Assembly (NCBI GenBank): GCA_008632985.1
Contig: QPGO01000063.1
Span: forward strand, 186,001-250,000
DNA length: 64,000 nt
Source of the DNA: Psammoneis japonica
Lineage: Eukaryota
Direction: 5' to 3'
Shown here piece by piece: positions 12,913 through 26,050 of the stretch. The notes below the pieces were generated by a model. That model had not been told where the DNA came from. It searched no databases and saw only the letters and a list, made by a program, of their open reading frames with translations. Position numbers and translations under genes: made by a program. The first letter of the stretch is position 1. Every line of letters begins with the position of its first letter.

Positions 12913-14477
12913 GGGCAGGGTCGGGCAGTCGGGCAGTCAGGATGTCGGGCAGTCGGGATGTCCGGAAGTCCGCCCGAATTTGAAAATGTGTCCCTCGGAT
13001 TTTGGAACGGCATGGGTTGTTCAGTGCGAATGAATTGCTGGGATTCGCAGGATGATCATTGAGGATGTTGGAGGTTGTGGGGACATCCCAAAAAATCAAC
13101 AAATTCCCTGCGACGGGTGCATGGAACTGTTTTTCAGGAGAGCTCGAAAGTGCTGCAAAAATGGGATTGCTGGCACAGCATGTTGAAAAATGTGCTCAGC
13201 TTTGCACAATGCATCATGAACTGTGCACAAAACAACAACACTGGAAGAAACATGTTGAACAATGAGTGCGTTTGTGTGATGCGCCATTTTGGTGACAAAT
13301 TGGAAAAAAAAGAGTGTCTGCGCACCTTGCTGCAGCCCCCAAAATGGCGTGAGATGCCAAACATGACGGTCATCTGCATCGCCGGTGCGGTTGCCATGCC
13401 ACTCTGCCGCTGCAATGCTGGCCCCGGCGGCAGGGCTCCACACACATGCAGGCAATGCAGCAGGCAATGGCCCACACACAAAGAAAGAGACAAGTGGTTG
13501 GTGCTCCCCGCAGGCCTGGTCTTTTTGGGTGTGGGTCAAGCTGGGAGTGGGTGTGGGTGCATGTTGTGTGCCGTTGCATGCTCCAATGCCTGCAGGGCCC
13601 TGCTGTGCATGCAGCGCTCAAAGCCGGTGACGCAGGTGACCATTGCATTTGATGGCTCGCACCATTTTTGGGGCTGTGGCAAGGTGGCGGACACTCTTTT
13701 TTTCCAATTTGTTGCCAGAGTTAAACAGCGCATCGCACAAACGCACTTGTTGTTTGACACGCGACATGTTTTTTTCCAGTGTGACTGTTTTGTGTGCAAT
13801 TCATGATCCGTTGTCTTTGTTCCCAAAGCTGAGCAAAATTTTGAACATGCCGCGCCGGTGACCCCAATTTTTCATCACTTTCGAGCTCTCCTGAAACCGG
13901 ATGGGTTCCAGTCCCAGGTGGGACTTTTTGTGACATTTGCCCCGCAGAATTCTGCGCGCAAGCACTGCAGTTTGTACTCTGGTCAATGGACGCATTTGTC
14001 TTCGACATGAAACAAATGGCCAAGTTTGCAGTGCATGTGTCCCTGTTCGTGCTCGAGGTTTTGGACAACGCGCCTGCCCTGCGCCATTCTTAAGACACTC
14101 GAGAATGGCGTAGAAGAAAAAAATGTTAAAAGTTGTTGAATGGATCGCCTGACAATTGCACTGTGAAATGACACAAAATTTCACCAAAATCACGTAGAAA
14201 TGTGTGTGCGTGACATGCGACGCGATTCAAAAAACCATCGATGTCACAGTTCAGCAGTGCAAGGTCCCACCTAGACCTGGAACTCGTCACCATTCCACAC
14301 GCCTGTTGCAGGGAATTTGTCGATTTTTTAGGATGTCCCCACAACCTCCAATGTCCTCAATGATCATTCTGCAAATCCGAGCAATTCATTCACACCAAAC
14401 AACCCATGCCGTTCCAAAATCCGAGGGACACACTTTCAAATCTGGGCGGACAACCGGTCCGACTGCCCGACTGCCCC
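12913..14477. mobile_element. Non-autonomous foldback DNA transposon with ~470-bp inverted arms; right arm interrupted by a MITE
   Basis: 12920-13125 is the reverse complement of 14290-14477, and 13127-13385 of ~13620-13897; termini carry GGGCAGTC repeats. Confidence 0.85.
13900..14288 (+). mobile_element. MITE family A, copy 1
   Basis: TIRs GATGGGTTCCAGTCCCAGGTGGGAC / GTCCCACCTAGACCTGGAACTCGTC; 4-bp TSD ACCG/ACCA. Confidence 0.9.
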
Positions 14478-14920
14478 ACACGAAAAAGTCTGCAATCACC
14501 AACCACTGAGTGGTCAATGAAATTGCGTGTTGCAGACCTCCCAGTTGGGAGTGGGTGAAAAGATGAGGGGTGGAGAACGTCCACATGCAACATGAGCAAT
14601 GCAAGTGGTTTGACGTTGCTGTGGGGCCCACACACAACTGTTGCTCGACACATGCAAAGGTCACGACACTTTTTTTTCACCAGCAGTTCAAGGGGGGTCA
14701 TCCCTGCGTTTGTCCTGGAATCACCGTGGCATTTGAGCTGGGACATTTGCAGCTTTTGTTTTTCAATGCAAAAATTGTTCATTTTCACCTCCGATTCGCA
14801 CATGAAAACGAGAACATCAGACACCGCGATCAAAGCACGACGATGATGCAATGTCAACACAGCTCAAAAATGCAGTGGTCCATCCTCAAACATCTGATGC
14901 ATGCATGACCTTTGATGCAC

Positions 14921-15309
14921 GACGCGTTCCAGCCCCAGGTGGGACTCCGTGTGACATTTGCCCTGCAGAGTTCTGTGTGTGAGCTCTGCAGTTTGTACTC
15001 TGGTTGATGGATGTGTTTGTCTTTGACATGAAACAAATGACCAAGTTTGTGGCACATGTGTCCCTGTTCCCACTCAAAGTTTTGGACAATCTGCCTGCCT
15101 CTGCCCATTCTTAAGACATTTAAGAATGGTGCAGAAGAAAAAAATGTCAAAAGTTGTTGAATGGATCGCCCAACAATTGCACCATAAAATGACACAAAAT
15201 GTCACCAAAATCATGTAGAAATGCATGTGCACAACATGCGATGCAATTCAAAAAACTGTCAATGTCACAGTTCAGCAGTGCGAGGTCCCACCCAGACCTG
15301 GAACACGTT
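14921..15309 (+). mobile_element. MITE family A, copy 2
   Basis: Colinear with 13900-14288; perfect TSD GCAC. Confidence 0.9.
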
Positions 15310-16399
15310 GCACAACAAACACAAAACAAATGAGAGTTGACAAACAGACCACCTGTCACAGACTCATGGCTTGATGTTTTCACCATGGTGAAGCACGGTG
15401 AAAATCAGAAAAAAATGTGCAAATCATGAGCTGTTCAGCAGAATTCAAGCTAAAAAAAGCAGCAAATGACCCCCCTTGACTCTTTGTTTGCCACAGTGAC
15501 ATGCGCGCATTTTTTTGTGCGGCGCAACGCAGCCACCAACAAAAATGACAACCAGCATGGCACGTGCCATTTGGATCATTGTGTTGACAGCACCCCGACA
15601 CCATGCAGAGAGTGTTTGTCAGCACGGCAAGGTGTGTTGTGGTGGCTTGGATTGGTTTGTTGTGTTGTTGTCATCTTGTTGCCGCTTCGTGGCTCACTGG
15701 CTGCAGTGTCGGCATTTCTTGCATTGCAGCATGCATGAACAAACAACGCCAACAGAATTGGTGTTGTTGTTTTCGACATCTGCATGAAAGAATCTGGTGG
15801 AACACCAAATGAACAGGTGAGCATGCAACACCACACTGTTGTTTTGTTGCATTGGAGTGTCATTTTTCATGTGTTGTGATCCCCCAGCCAACCCTCACTT
15901 GTCGTGCCGCTTTTTCATGCTTTTCAGTGCAAATCATGGTTGTTTGTTGCATGGGCATGATGGACATGGATGATGACAAGCACGTCTCTGCACTTGCCTT
16001 CAGCTCCTTTGACACTGTCATGGAGGATGCTGGTTTGGAGCTTTGGGTGGCTCCCGCAGCCGCAGTTTTGCCTCCTGCACCGTCAGTGATTGCAGCTGTT
16101 TCGCCCATTGCTTCTTGCACTTGTTGGATGAAAGAAAATGAGGTGAGCTTCCACTGATCTTTTTTGTGTCCTTTTGCAGGAGACCATCCATTTGCCAATT
16201 GTTCTCTGAAAACCCTTTTCTCTCTTGTTCATTTGCACAAGCTCGCACACCCCGCAAAGAACACAGACCCCTCCAAGTCTGTACGTCCATCCGATGGAGC
16301 AATTTTTGTGAGTGAAGCGCAACCCTTCTCATGTTGTTGCCACGATAATTTCCATTTGAGTCTGTTGCTTGCCATTCTTGTTGCAGCTTTGTTTCTGGT

Positions 16400-18050
16400 G
16401 ATCCTTTTCAACAAATCATTCACTCCACTCCTGTTGCTGAGTTTTGGTCAAAACAATTGCCAGCAGAAAGTGTTTTTTGACAACAACAATTGTGTTCTCA
16501 ATGTCGCCGTTGACAGTTTCCAAATGGTTTTTTTTGGATTGGCGGCACATCAAACTAACATTCATTCTGTCAGAGGTGCGGAAACCACAAAAGAGTTCCA
16601 AACTGTCTCCTTTGGGAATGCCTGCCCATCAGAGAATGGCAAGTGCAAGAGACACAAGCGTGGTTGGAGCTGGGACAACTGCAACTCTTGATTTTGATTC
16701 CATGAACTCTTGATTCTAAATTGGCATCTTGGAATCATGTTTGGACAGCAATGGCAACCACCACTGCCACAGAGCAACTCCCACAGTCATGTGTTGGAAT
16801 CATGCAAATTGCAGCCATCACTCCAGCACATCCCACAGTTGCACGCAGAGAACATTCGACATGCCACTCATTGTTGATGAATGTAGAAACACTCTAGAAC
16901 TGCCGCAGCAGTGTGCATCATTGCATGTGTGTGTTTGCATCGTGCATTGAGAGCCATTGCTGCTCAAGCAACTCAGAACCTTTGTCTCTGTGTCAACATC
17001 ACTTGCTGTGTCAGCAACAAACAGGGCTGCAGTCTCAAGAACACCTTTCTGACCAAGATGATGCCATTTTCCCTCCATGCAGCACTTGACAAGTCTGCCA
17101 ATGTGCCCTTCAACATTGTTGTTGAAAAAACAAAAGCAAGGCAATCAATGTAGATGCAGTTGCATGACTTGTGATCACCTTGGCTGTCATGTCTTGAGAC
17201 CATGTGCCAAGCGACATCACTTTCCCTTGGTGGAACCACCCTTTGCTTGAGTTCCCATTCAGCAACTGAGCCACCCAACTCATCGCGGCCCGGGGTGGGT
17301 TCATGCCTCAATGTAAAGCCGCCCATGATTTCTCTGTCTGTTTGAAGCCCCTTGCAGTTGCATTCATCACAGATGCTGTGATTGCCACAGTGGTGAGGGA
17401 TGACAGATTTGATCATTGACCATGCCTTCTGTTCTTGAGCAGCAAACCTGATGCTGTCCAGTGCAGTCTTTGGTCTCTCAGATTCTGAATCACTTTGACC
17501 TGCACCTGAGCCACCAGAAGCACTGGGAGCAGCATCGCCATTCTTCTCCTTGCATGAGTGGCCTTCTTCTGACAACATGTGAACAGCCTCTCCATGACTC
17601 CTGCTGTGCCATCCATTTCTCTTGTGTTGCTGAGGAAAGAGTTGTTCCCAATCCTTTGGTGAAGAGACACCCTTTAGAATCCTTTGCTTCACAGCAATTG
17701 CACCGGAGTTCTTCACCTGCCAGGGTGACAGCACAGTGGCATTTCCAGTGGCAGTTGTCTTTCTGAAGAGCGCAGCTGAGTTGGAGGTGCCTTTGAGGGC
17801 CAACAAGACATTGGACTTGTGGAGTTCTGGAAAGCCACCATGTTGCAGCACCTTCAGCACAAGGTCACTGTCCATCCATGCGCACTGCGACACAGCCAGG
17901 AAGGCAGTGATGAGAAGCCTTGTGGCCTCTGCAATCTTCATCATTGGTTTGCTGTTTTTGTGATGGAAAAATTGCAGTGCATCTGTCATGGAGTGGAAGG
18001 AGCCCGGACAATGCACAGACTTGTGGGGGGTCCCCATCAATTGATGACTG
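16400..18050 (-). pseudogene. Possible Mutator-like transposase relic
   Basis: VIPHHCGNHSICDECNC resembles the H-x-x-G-x-H-x-x-C motif of Mutator-like transposases; heavily decayed. Confidence 0.3.
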
Positions 18051-18089
18051 ACAAAACAAAGCAGATTCTTTTGGCAGATCATTCGGTGC

Positions 18090-18300
18090 AGATCTGAGGC
18101 CAATGAGAGACAGTGGTCTGTGCCTCTCTCCTGTGCAAGTGGGGGGGGTGTCTTTGCAATCTGCTTCAATGATGCTGCCCACATCGCAGAAGCAGTGCAC
18201 AAGTCTACAAGCACCACATGAGCTGCAGCAAGCTCACTCTTTTTCTTCATCAACGTTGCGCTGCACATTGATGAGACGAGAGAGCGAGTTTTTGCTTGCA
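18090..18300 (+). repeat. Dispersed direct repeat (other copy ~26515-26705, itself between ~170-bp duplicates at 26340-26510 and 26730-26900)
   Basis: Shared CCAATGAGAGACAGTGGTCTGTGCCTC...CAATCTGCTTCAA(T/C)GATGCTGCCCACAT...GCAGAAGCAGTGCACAAGTC. Confidence 0.8.
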
Positions 18301-18745
18301 CTCGCCCTCTGTCCCCTCAGCATTGATGGCACCCGCTCAATGCCATGGTGACATCAACTCGTGGGAGTGCCACTGGCACTTCTGCTTCTGCATCGAGCAC
18401 TCTCACGCTCCTGGCTGACTGACACACTGCGGCCATCTTGGCAAAGTGCAGTCACGGTCTTCTGTCTGCTCTCGCTGAGACTCCTTCCTGCCTTCTGGAG
18501 TGACCGTTTCGAAACAGTGTGGCGGTCTTTGTTCGGACCTGCAAGCGACGACGTCGCCATCGCCTCCGGCCTCTCGGCCACTGCCGACGGTCCGCTCCTC
18601 CTCACGGACAATTGCGCGCGTCTGCGCACGCCAGTGGAATGCCACGCAAATCAGCCCTCTGTGCTTTCCGGCGGAGCTCACGCGGGTTCGAATCCCACCC
18701 GCCCGCGCGACGGTAGCCCTTTCACGTGGTCTCAACCCGTTGTTA

Positions 18746-19061
18746 CCCTGATTGTCATAGAAAATCTGTACGAAAATCAAAATCTGCACCCATTTTTGAG
18801 GGGCTTGAAAAAATCTGTGCCTGTTCTGAACGGAAATCTGGAATCTGCATCCCAGCACAAATTTACGCAGGATGTGCGTAGGACGCGCCAGGCCTGCCTG
18901 GAAGGGGGTTTTCAAATGTGAGAAAATCCAAAGCCAGTTTTAGCGAAATCAATGAAAATCCATGCTTTTTGAGAATCTGCACCTGTTTCTCCGGAAGTCT
19001 TGAAAATCTGTACCTGTTTTTAACCAAAATCTGGAGCGCAGATTTTCTGTGACAATCAGGG
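18746..19061. mobile_element. MITE with 23-bp TIRs, probable TA target (Tc1/mariner-like)
   Basis: CCCTGATTGTCATAGAAAATCTG ... CAGATTTTCTGTGACAATCAGGG; flanks TA / CA; multiple internal AAATCTG motifs. Confidence 0.85.
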
Positions 19062-19189
19062 CACTGTGGCCACGGGCCTTGCTGTTGCCACCCGGGGTGC
19101 GGCAGTCGCCGTCCCCGTGCAATGGTCGAAGGCCCCCACCCTCGGTCCGGGGCACATTCCCTGCCCCTCCGACTCCTTTCATCCCGTCA

Positions 19190-22100
19190 CCACATCCTTT
19201 TCACATGACACACGAAAGCAGTCCTGGTCCCCCAAGCCAGCAGCTGACTGCTTTGAGGCCCCCCATCCCTGGTCTGGTCCTTCGGCGGCTTTTGCATGCT
19301 CTCCTGGATTGCAGTGCCCTCCATGATGCCACCCACAGAACTGGTGGATCTCACAGCATCCACGGCAGGCACTCTTGTTGCAAGCAAGGCCGTCTTAGAA
19401 CAGCGGGCCTCAATCCCATTGGGTGCACCCGTGACGTGCTCCAGCTCCAGGTGGGACCTCGCACTGCCGGACGTTGACATCAACAGTTTTTTGGATCACA
19501 CTGCATGTTGTGCACGTGGATGGCCATGTGTGACATTCTATGAAATTTTTTCATGCTCCCTGTTTTGCAAAGCCAAAGGCTTTCCATTTTCAACATTTGT
19601 GAGAATGAAAATGCACTGGGGGTGTGTTGTTCTTCAATGTCTGTGGAACACACCCGGGCAAACTGTTGATGAGATGCACTTCAAGTGTGGAGGAGGAGGT
19701 GCATTTGTAAAATTGCTCTTTTTCTGTTGGTGATCATTTGCATGTTTTGTTTCTCACAAATTCATTGTGGAGCTCACACGCAGAATTCTGTGGGCCAAAT
19801 GTCACACGGAGCCCAACCTGGGACTGGCACCCATCCCACGAATCTCTCTGATGAGCAATTGGTGGCCAAGCTGTGGTATGCCATCCTTTGGATGTTCCAG
19901 CTGCCTTCATGCTTTGACCTTCTGGTGGGCCAGATCTGGGTCACTGACATCACCTTCAAGCAATTTCAGGAGAGTCTCGCAAGCATGTGCCAGGACACCG
20001 TCCCCTCCTCTGCCATGTGGGACAAGCAGTTGCTGCTCAAGGAGTGGTTTGCAGCCACAGCAGCCTTTCCAGCAGATGCAACAGTTGACCCAGTGCCTTG
20101 CACTCAGTTTGCCAGTTTGCTGACCATGTCCAACCCCAGCGGCTCTGGCTCCAGCACCCCAGTTTCGTCTGAGCTTGCGATGGTTGATCAAGATCTGGCA
20201 TTTCAGTTGCATCGGGAGATCAAATCCTTGCAGAGCACAACAAGTCTCTTCAAGAAACCCATCTGGACCATGAGTCAAAGGCCTTTGATGGCATGCATCC
20301 CTCAGACTGTCACCTTGGCCTTCGTCCAGTGGAGCGCTGCTTTGATCTGTGGCACCATTGTCCACTTGCTAAGAAAAAGCTGCACACCTCCAAATGCTTT
20401 GCACTCAACCTGTTCACAGTCAAATCCATTGATCCCTTGCTGGCTCAATGCTCCCCAAAACTGGTGAGCCTTGAAAAACCTGAACCCCCCTGTTTGCTCA
20501 TCACAGCGCAGGTGTTGCAAGCCCAAATGGCTGGCAGTGACATCACCAGCTGCAGCAAAGGCAAGGCCAGCAATGGCAAAGGACTCATGAGCCAATTCAC
20601 CAGATTTTAAGCCACCTCCCACCTGTCCACCCCTGCAGCACACCCCACTCAATGCTCAGTTGCAGTGGCTTGCACCCCCACTTCACCAGCCACACCGGCT
20701 GCTGGCCCATGCCAGCCACCCCCTTTGGACGTGCCCCTGTTGCCCAGCATCCTTCGCCCCACCACCTGCAACCTCACAGGTGACAACATCCCCCATTTTC
20801 AGATGGCTGCATTGGGCCAGCATCACTTGCCTGCAAGGTGGTGCAGTGCTCATAACCTGTGGTCTGGGTCCAACCACTGGGTGCCTGACAGATCCCAGCT
20901 GCACACACAGCCCCCTCTCTCCCAACGAACCACATGTTGTTTGCCAACAGCTCAGCTCCCAGCAATCAGTTTGACCTGCCAGCCCTGGCTCCACTGGCCA
21001 CCGTGCCTTGGACCACTCCAGCGCAGCCTCCAGTGGCTCAATTTGTTGTCACCCCAGCCCCAACCATGGCCACAGCCAAAGACTGGTCATTTCCGTCTGG
21101 TCAGCAGCCAGCCACACCTGGCACCAAGGGTCACAGATCCTGGCGTGCCTGCTGGCCTTCTGAACTGCTCCTTTCAGGTTGCTTGGCTGGATCGCCTGCT
21201 GCAGCAGCCCCTGGTGCCCATGAGTTGTTCCCGGCTTGCATCAACTCAGCCTTTTGTGACGCCATCTTTGGGCAATCAGCTGCTGTGGCTGCCACTTGCC
21301 TGTCTTGGATCATCTCTCAGGAGTGCCTCACAGCGCCAGCTCAGTGGGAGCATCCTTCAGCACCTCCTTCTTCCACTCTGAGCCCTTCCAGGCTTGGCAG
21401 GAGGGTCGGTGGACCTTTGCTTTGGCTCCTGCAGCCACCAAACTGGACATGACATTTATGGTCTTTGCTCTGCTCCTGACACTTCTGGAACATTCTGGTC
21501 CATCAAGGATCCCATGTTCTGGCTTGTCCATCTCTGCCAAGGAGCTCCTGCTGGCACACTTTTGGTGGCTCCTGGAGGTGGTTTTCACAGTTGACAACCT
21601 CTCTCCACTCTTCTCCGCAGAGTGCCTCCTCTTTGCTCCTCTTCAGCTCCTCAATCTTTTGCTGCACACTCACAAGGTGCACAAACAATGGGAATCAAGC
21701 AAGGTGCATCGTCTTGCCCACTCGTTTCACTTCTTGTGCTGCCTTGTGGAGCTGCTGGGCCTGTTTTTTGCTTGGTCCTCACAGGACGGGCTAGTCCATC
21801 TAGTGTCCAACTCTCATGGCAGCTGCTCTGAACTGCCTGCTCTGAAGCCAACTCTGCAGCACAGTGGAGCACGCCAAAAGATTGTGGCCATTCTGGCCCA
21901 CTGGACAGAATGCACTGTCGCCCCATTTGAGACAAATCTGAATTCCGACATGTGGTTGCACTCTGCCCCGCCCAACGTGGTGTTGGCTCCCTTGCCAACA
22001 GCAGCACGCAAGCACTCTCTGGCTGCCCCCACCAGAACTGCAGACCCACTCTCACAGAAAGGGAAGAGGCTCAAGGAAGGGTCTCTGAAGACCCGCACTG

Positions 22101-25100
22101 TCGCTGGTGAGTGCCCATTTAAATGGAAATCTGAGGCTGACACCTGCAAATTTGGGGATCTCTTTGCTCTCTCCAAGCACAGCCTGCCCTCTGTTGCCGC
22201 TGCAGGCACCAAGAAAGGAGCCAACATTTGTTTGTCCTTCATGACAGAAGGTGGACCCACCCCGGGATGCCCCAACAAGCACTGCTCCATGCTGCACATC
22301 AATTCAGCAAAGAACAAATGGACCTTGCAGCCGGTTGGTGACTTTGCAGACTTGTGTGATTGGATCCGTCATCCAGCCATTGCAGCAAAGCTGGCCCCTG
22401 CAAAGGCCTTTGCTGAATCAGTCATGTTTCAGCCTGCAGCTTCATCCAAGGCATGGATGCACGCCGCCCAGCATTGCTGTTGCCTCTCTTGCCTGTGAGA
22501 CCAGAGAGCTGTCCAACAGCAGTGACAGCCAAAGCATCTCCCTTTCTAGGCTCCTTTGAGAGAGCAGGTCTTTCATGCCTCAGCAAAGCATGTGGGCGGC
22601 CTGGCACCATGTGCACAAGCTTGCCAATTTTTCCACCAAGACCCCCTGTCCCTTGGTGCCACAAGGGCTTTGGCTTGCCCTTGGTTGGTTGGTCCATTTC
22701 ACACAATCAAGTTTCTCCATTCCTCACATTTCACCATGTCTGGGACTTTCTCACATTGGCAGAGCACAACCAGGTGATGCCGTCCATGCCCCATCCCATG
22801 GCCCCCTGCGCTCAGCCACATCAAGCAGCCCCAAGCGTCCCCATCACCACTCTTTGGCTGGACCGCCCAATGCCGTCCAATGCACCTGTTGCCTCCAAAT
22901 GCACATCCCTTGCCATGGCTGCACTGCTCCACTTTCACTTTGTGTGCAGTGATCTTGTGAAGTGGCTTGGCGGCAAACACGCCTGCAGAGACTGGGAGTC
23001 CTGCTTTGCTAAAATAGAACTGGTTCGCCCCTGTCCCTCCTGGTCTGCCACCTGTTGACATCAATCAAGTGCATTGTGCAGCAACCAAAGTCAGCCAAAG
23101 AAAAACAAAAATCCTTCCACCTCTTGCTTCCCCACTTCCCAGTCTGCTTTGTCTTTGGCCTGCACCTCAGCCCAATCACGTGGGCAGTGCAAAAAGGCAA
23201 GAGCAGTCTGTGCATTGATTGCTCTTCCACCATTCACGACAGGGATGATGGTGCACCCAACAGCTCAATCCCAAGCACCGCCAATGGCCTCGACAATCAA
23301 ACCCCTCCAGTTCACTTTGGCTCTGCCATGAAAAGGCACCTGCAACACATCTGGAACCTGTGCATTGCCCACCCAAATGATGACATCCTGTGACACAGTG
23401 ATGACATCGATGCAGCCTTCCACCACGTGCTCCATCATCCAGACCCAGCACCCACCTTCACTTGCATCTTCATGGAGCTGCTGGTCATTCCAGTGGGCCC
23501 AATCTTTGGCGGTTGCAACTCTCCATTGTGGTGGTGCCTCCTTTCTGAGATTCGTGCTCACCTTGCCTCACATGGCAACTTCGCCGGACACCCAAACCAG
23601 TTGATGACCTGCAGCTGCCACGCCCCTCACACAGGAGCAACGTGCTGCACAGGTCCCAGCAGCAGTGGGCTCCAGACACCAGGGGTGCTTGGACACCCCA
23701 GATCATCCCTTGTCCAATGCCACTTTTGTGGATGACAATGCTGCCACCCACACCAATGTGCACATCCTTGAAGCAACCAAGGCCAGTGTGGTGGTGGCTT
23801 TCATCATGTTTGGATTCTCGGTGGAGAATCCATGACGCACTCTGGCTCTGAGTCATGCAAAATGGGACAATGTGGAGAGCCACCTCCTTCACTTTCTTGG
23901 CTTTGATGTTGACATGTGGTGGATGGTTGTGATGTGGCCAATGGAGAAGCGCATTGAGTTTAAACACCTCCTGGACAAGCTCTGGATGCACAAAGGGTGC
24001 CTTCGGTGCACACCCAGGGAAATGGCCCAACTGCTTGGCATCACTTGCAATGCCTCGTTTGTCATGCCGGCAAGCAGCATCTTCCCCTCCCTGTCCATTG
24101 CTGTGGCCCTCAATGAAGCCATTGGTGCACAGGCCGCACGGGCCACATCCAAAGGCTTCTGGTGTTGCAGCTGGTGGACAACAATCCCAGCAAGAGCTTG
24201 CCGCAACCTGCAGCTGCTGCACGACCGCCTTGCTAAACCGCGCTTCAATTGCTTCTGGTCATGGCACATCAGCCATCTTGTGCCTTGTGACCACACAGAA
24301 GAGGTGCTGTACGATGCATCTTGCACAGGCCTTGGGGGCTGGAGTCCAGACTTCAACTTCATGTGGCGTCTTAGCCAAGCCAGCCTGGTGCAGTGGGGCC
24401 TGCCAATGAAGCTGATTGAGGACAACACACAGGAACCCCTGATCAATGCAGAAGGGTTGCACATCAACAATGTGCTGGAGTTCATTGCTGTCATCATCAA
24501 CACATGCATGGCCCTGGTTTCTGTCGGTGCAGTGCTGCCAGTGTTGGTGGATGGATTCTACATGCTCACTCCAACAACACAAGTGCCCTGTCGTGGTTGC
24601 ATTGTGCCAGCCACTCACACCACCCAGTTGTCCAGCGCCTTGCTCACTTCTTGAATGCTCTTCTCTTTGCCACCAATTTTCAGGGGTCCCTGACCAGCAG
24701 TCACATGGCTGGCATCTCAAATGACAAAGCAGATGCTCTCTTGCACCCAGCAGATTGTCCAACATGGGCATCTGTCATCGTGCAATGCTCCCGCCTCTCA
24801 ACAGTGCAAGCATGCCAAGTCCCCTCCAAGCTCGTTTCCATGATTTCATTGCCAATTGGATGCAATGCAGCAGAGGACATGTCTCCTCCAGGTAAATGAC
24901 TGACTTTTGAATCTTGCACTGGCCACTTTGCAAACTGGCTTGAGCGGCATGGCTTCAACAACATCTGCCTTGCAAGGCTGGCCTCTGACCAAACGTTCCC
25001 CATTCTGGGCTGCTGATTGCTCAGCCTCGCAGAAGGAGACTCCTTGTGGAACAACACCTTTTTGGCCAAGGACCCTTGTTGGCTACCTCAACGCTGCAGC

Positions 25101-26050
25101 AGCCTGGCTGAAGCATCACTTTGGTGTTGAGGCACCCACCAGTCAGCAGAAGAATGGGGACTCCCAGCTCCTGCCCTTCTGCAGTGAGATCATCTGCCAG
25201 CGGTGCTCCTGGAGGAAGAAGCATGACAAGAAACAGCCAATCTTTGGTGAGATGCATCTTCACATGAAGCAGCAATGTGACTCCAGCCTGGCAGAAGATG
25301 AAGCTGCATTCCTCAACCTGCACACTGCTGTGACCAACTGGGAGTGCCTCTCCTTGTTCACTGGCTTGTGTCCAGCTGAACATGTGCAAAGCAAGATTCT
25401 CAAAGGCCAGTTGTTTGCATTGATTCCAAACAACGTTGAAGCCAGTGAGTGGGCTGGCACGCCCCTCATCTTCATTGAATCCAACTTCACCTTTTACAAT
25501 TCTGCATTGATTGATCTGTCGTCTCATCAGAAACTCACTGAAGAGGCCATGGAGGTGCACGTCCTCTTTTGGTGCAACAAGAGCAAGAAAACTTCACTGT
25601 TCAGCGGTGCCACTGCCTGAATGGATTCCTCTGTCCAGTGAAGGCCATGCAAGCCATCATTTGCCGAGCCAAGCAGTTGGGCATTCTGCCGCACAAACCT
25701 CTGGGAGCCTTCCGTGTCTCTCCCTTTGGCCCCTGCGCAACATGTGTCAAGCAGCCCATCTGGATCCCGCACACTGTGTTTGCGGCTGCACATTGAATGC
25801 CTGGTGTTGCACTCAAACTGTGTGACAGTGGCCATCACCCTGTTCAATGCCGGTGTCTCTGTTGAAAACACAGCCCATTGCCTTTGCTGGAACTCCGATG
25901 CTGTAAAATTTTACCTGCACAATTGCTTTTGCACCATGGGCTCTCTCACCAAGCAGGCCATGACAGGCACTCCATTAGATGCTCAACACATCTGGTCACT
26001 CTGCATGTCATGCAGGCTCTGGCCAAGTCTGTCTCCCAACTTGGGCTGTC
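19190..26050 (+). mobile_element. Decayed DIRS/Ngaro-like YR retrotransposon 1 (ORF1, RT, RNase H, YR)
   Basis: ORF1 end ICLSFMTEGG..GCPNKHCSMLH; RT DDIDAAFHHVLHHPD..IPVGPIFGGCNSP (~23400); RNase H DASCTGLGGW..LHINNVLEF..NNTSALSW..HMAGISNDKADAL; YR HSNCVTVAITLFNAG..CLCWNSDAVKFYLH (~25800-25930). Confidence 0.85.
19433..19835 (-). mobile_element. MITE family A (subtype 2), copy 3
   Basis: Same TIRs in reverse orientation; interior matches 30789-31184; flanks CCGT/CCAC imperfect. Confidence 0.8.
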
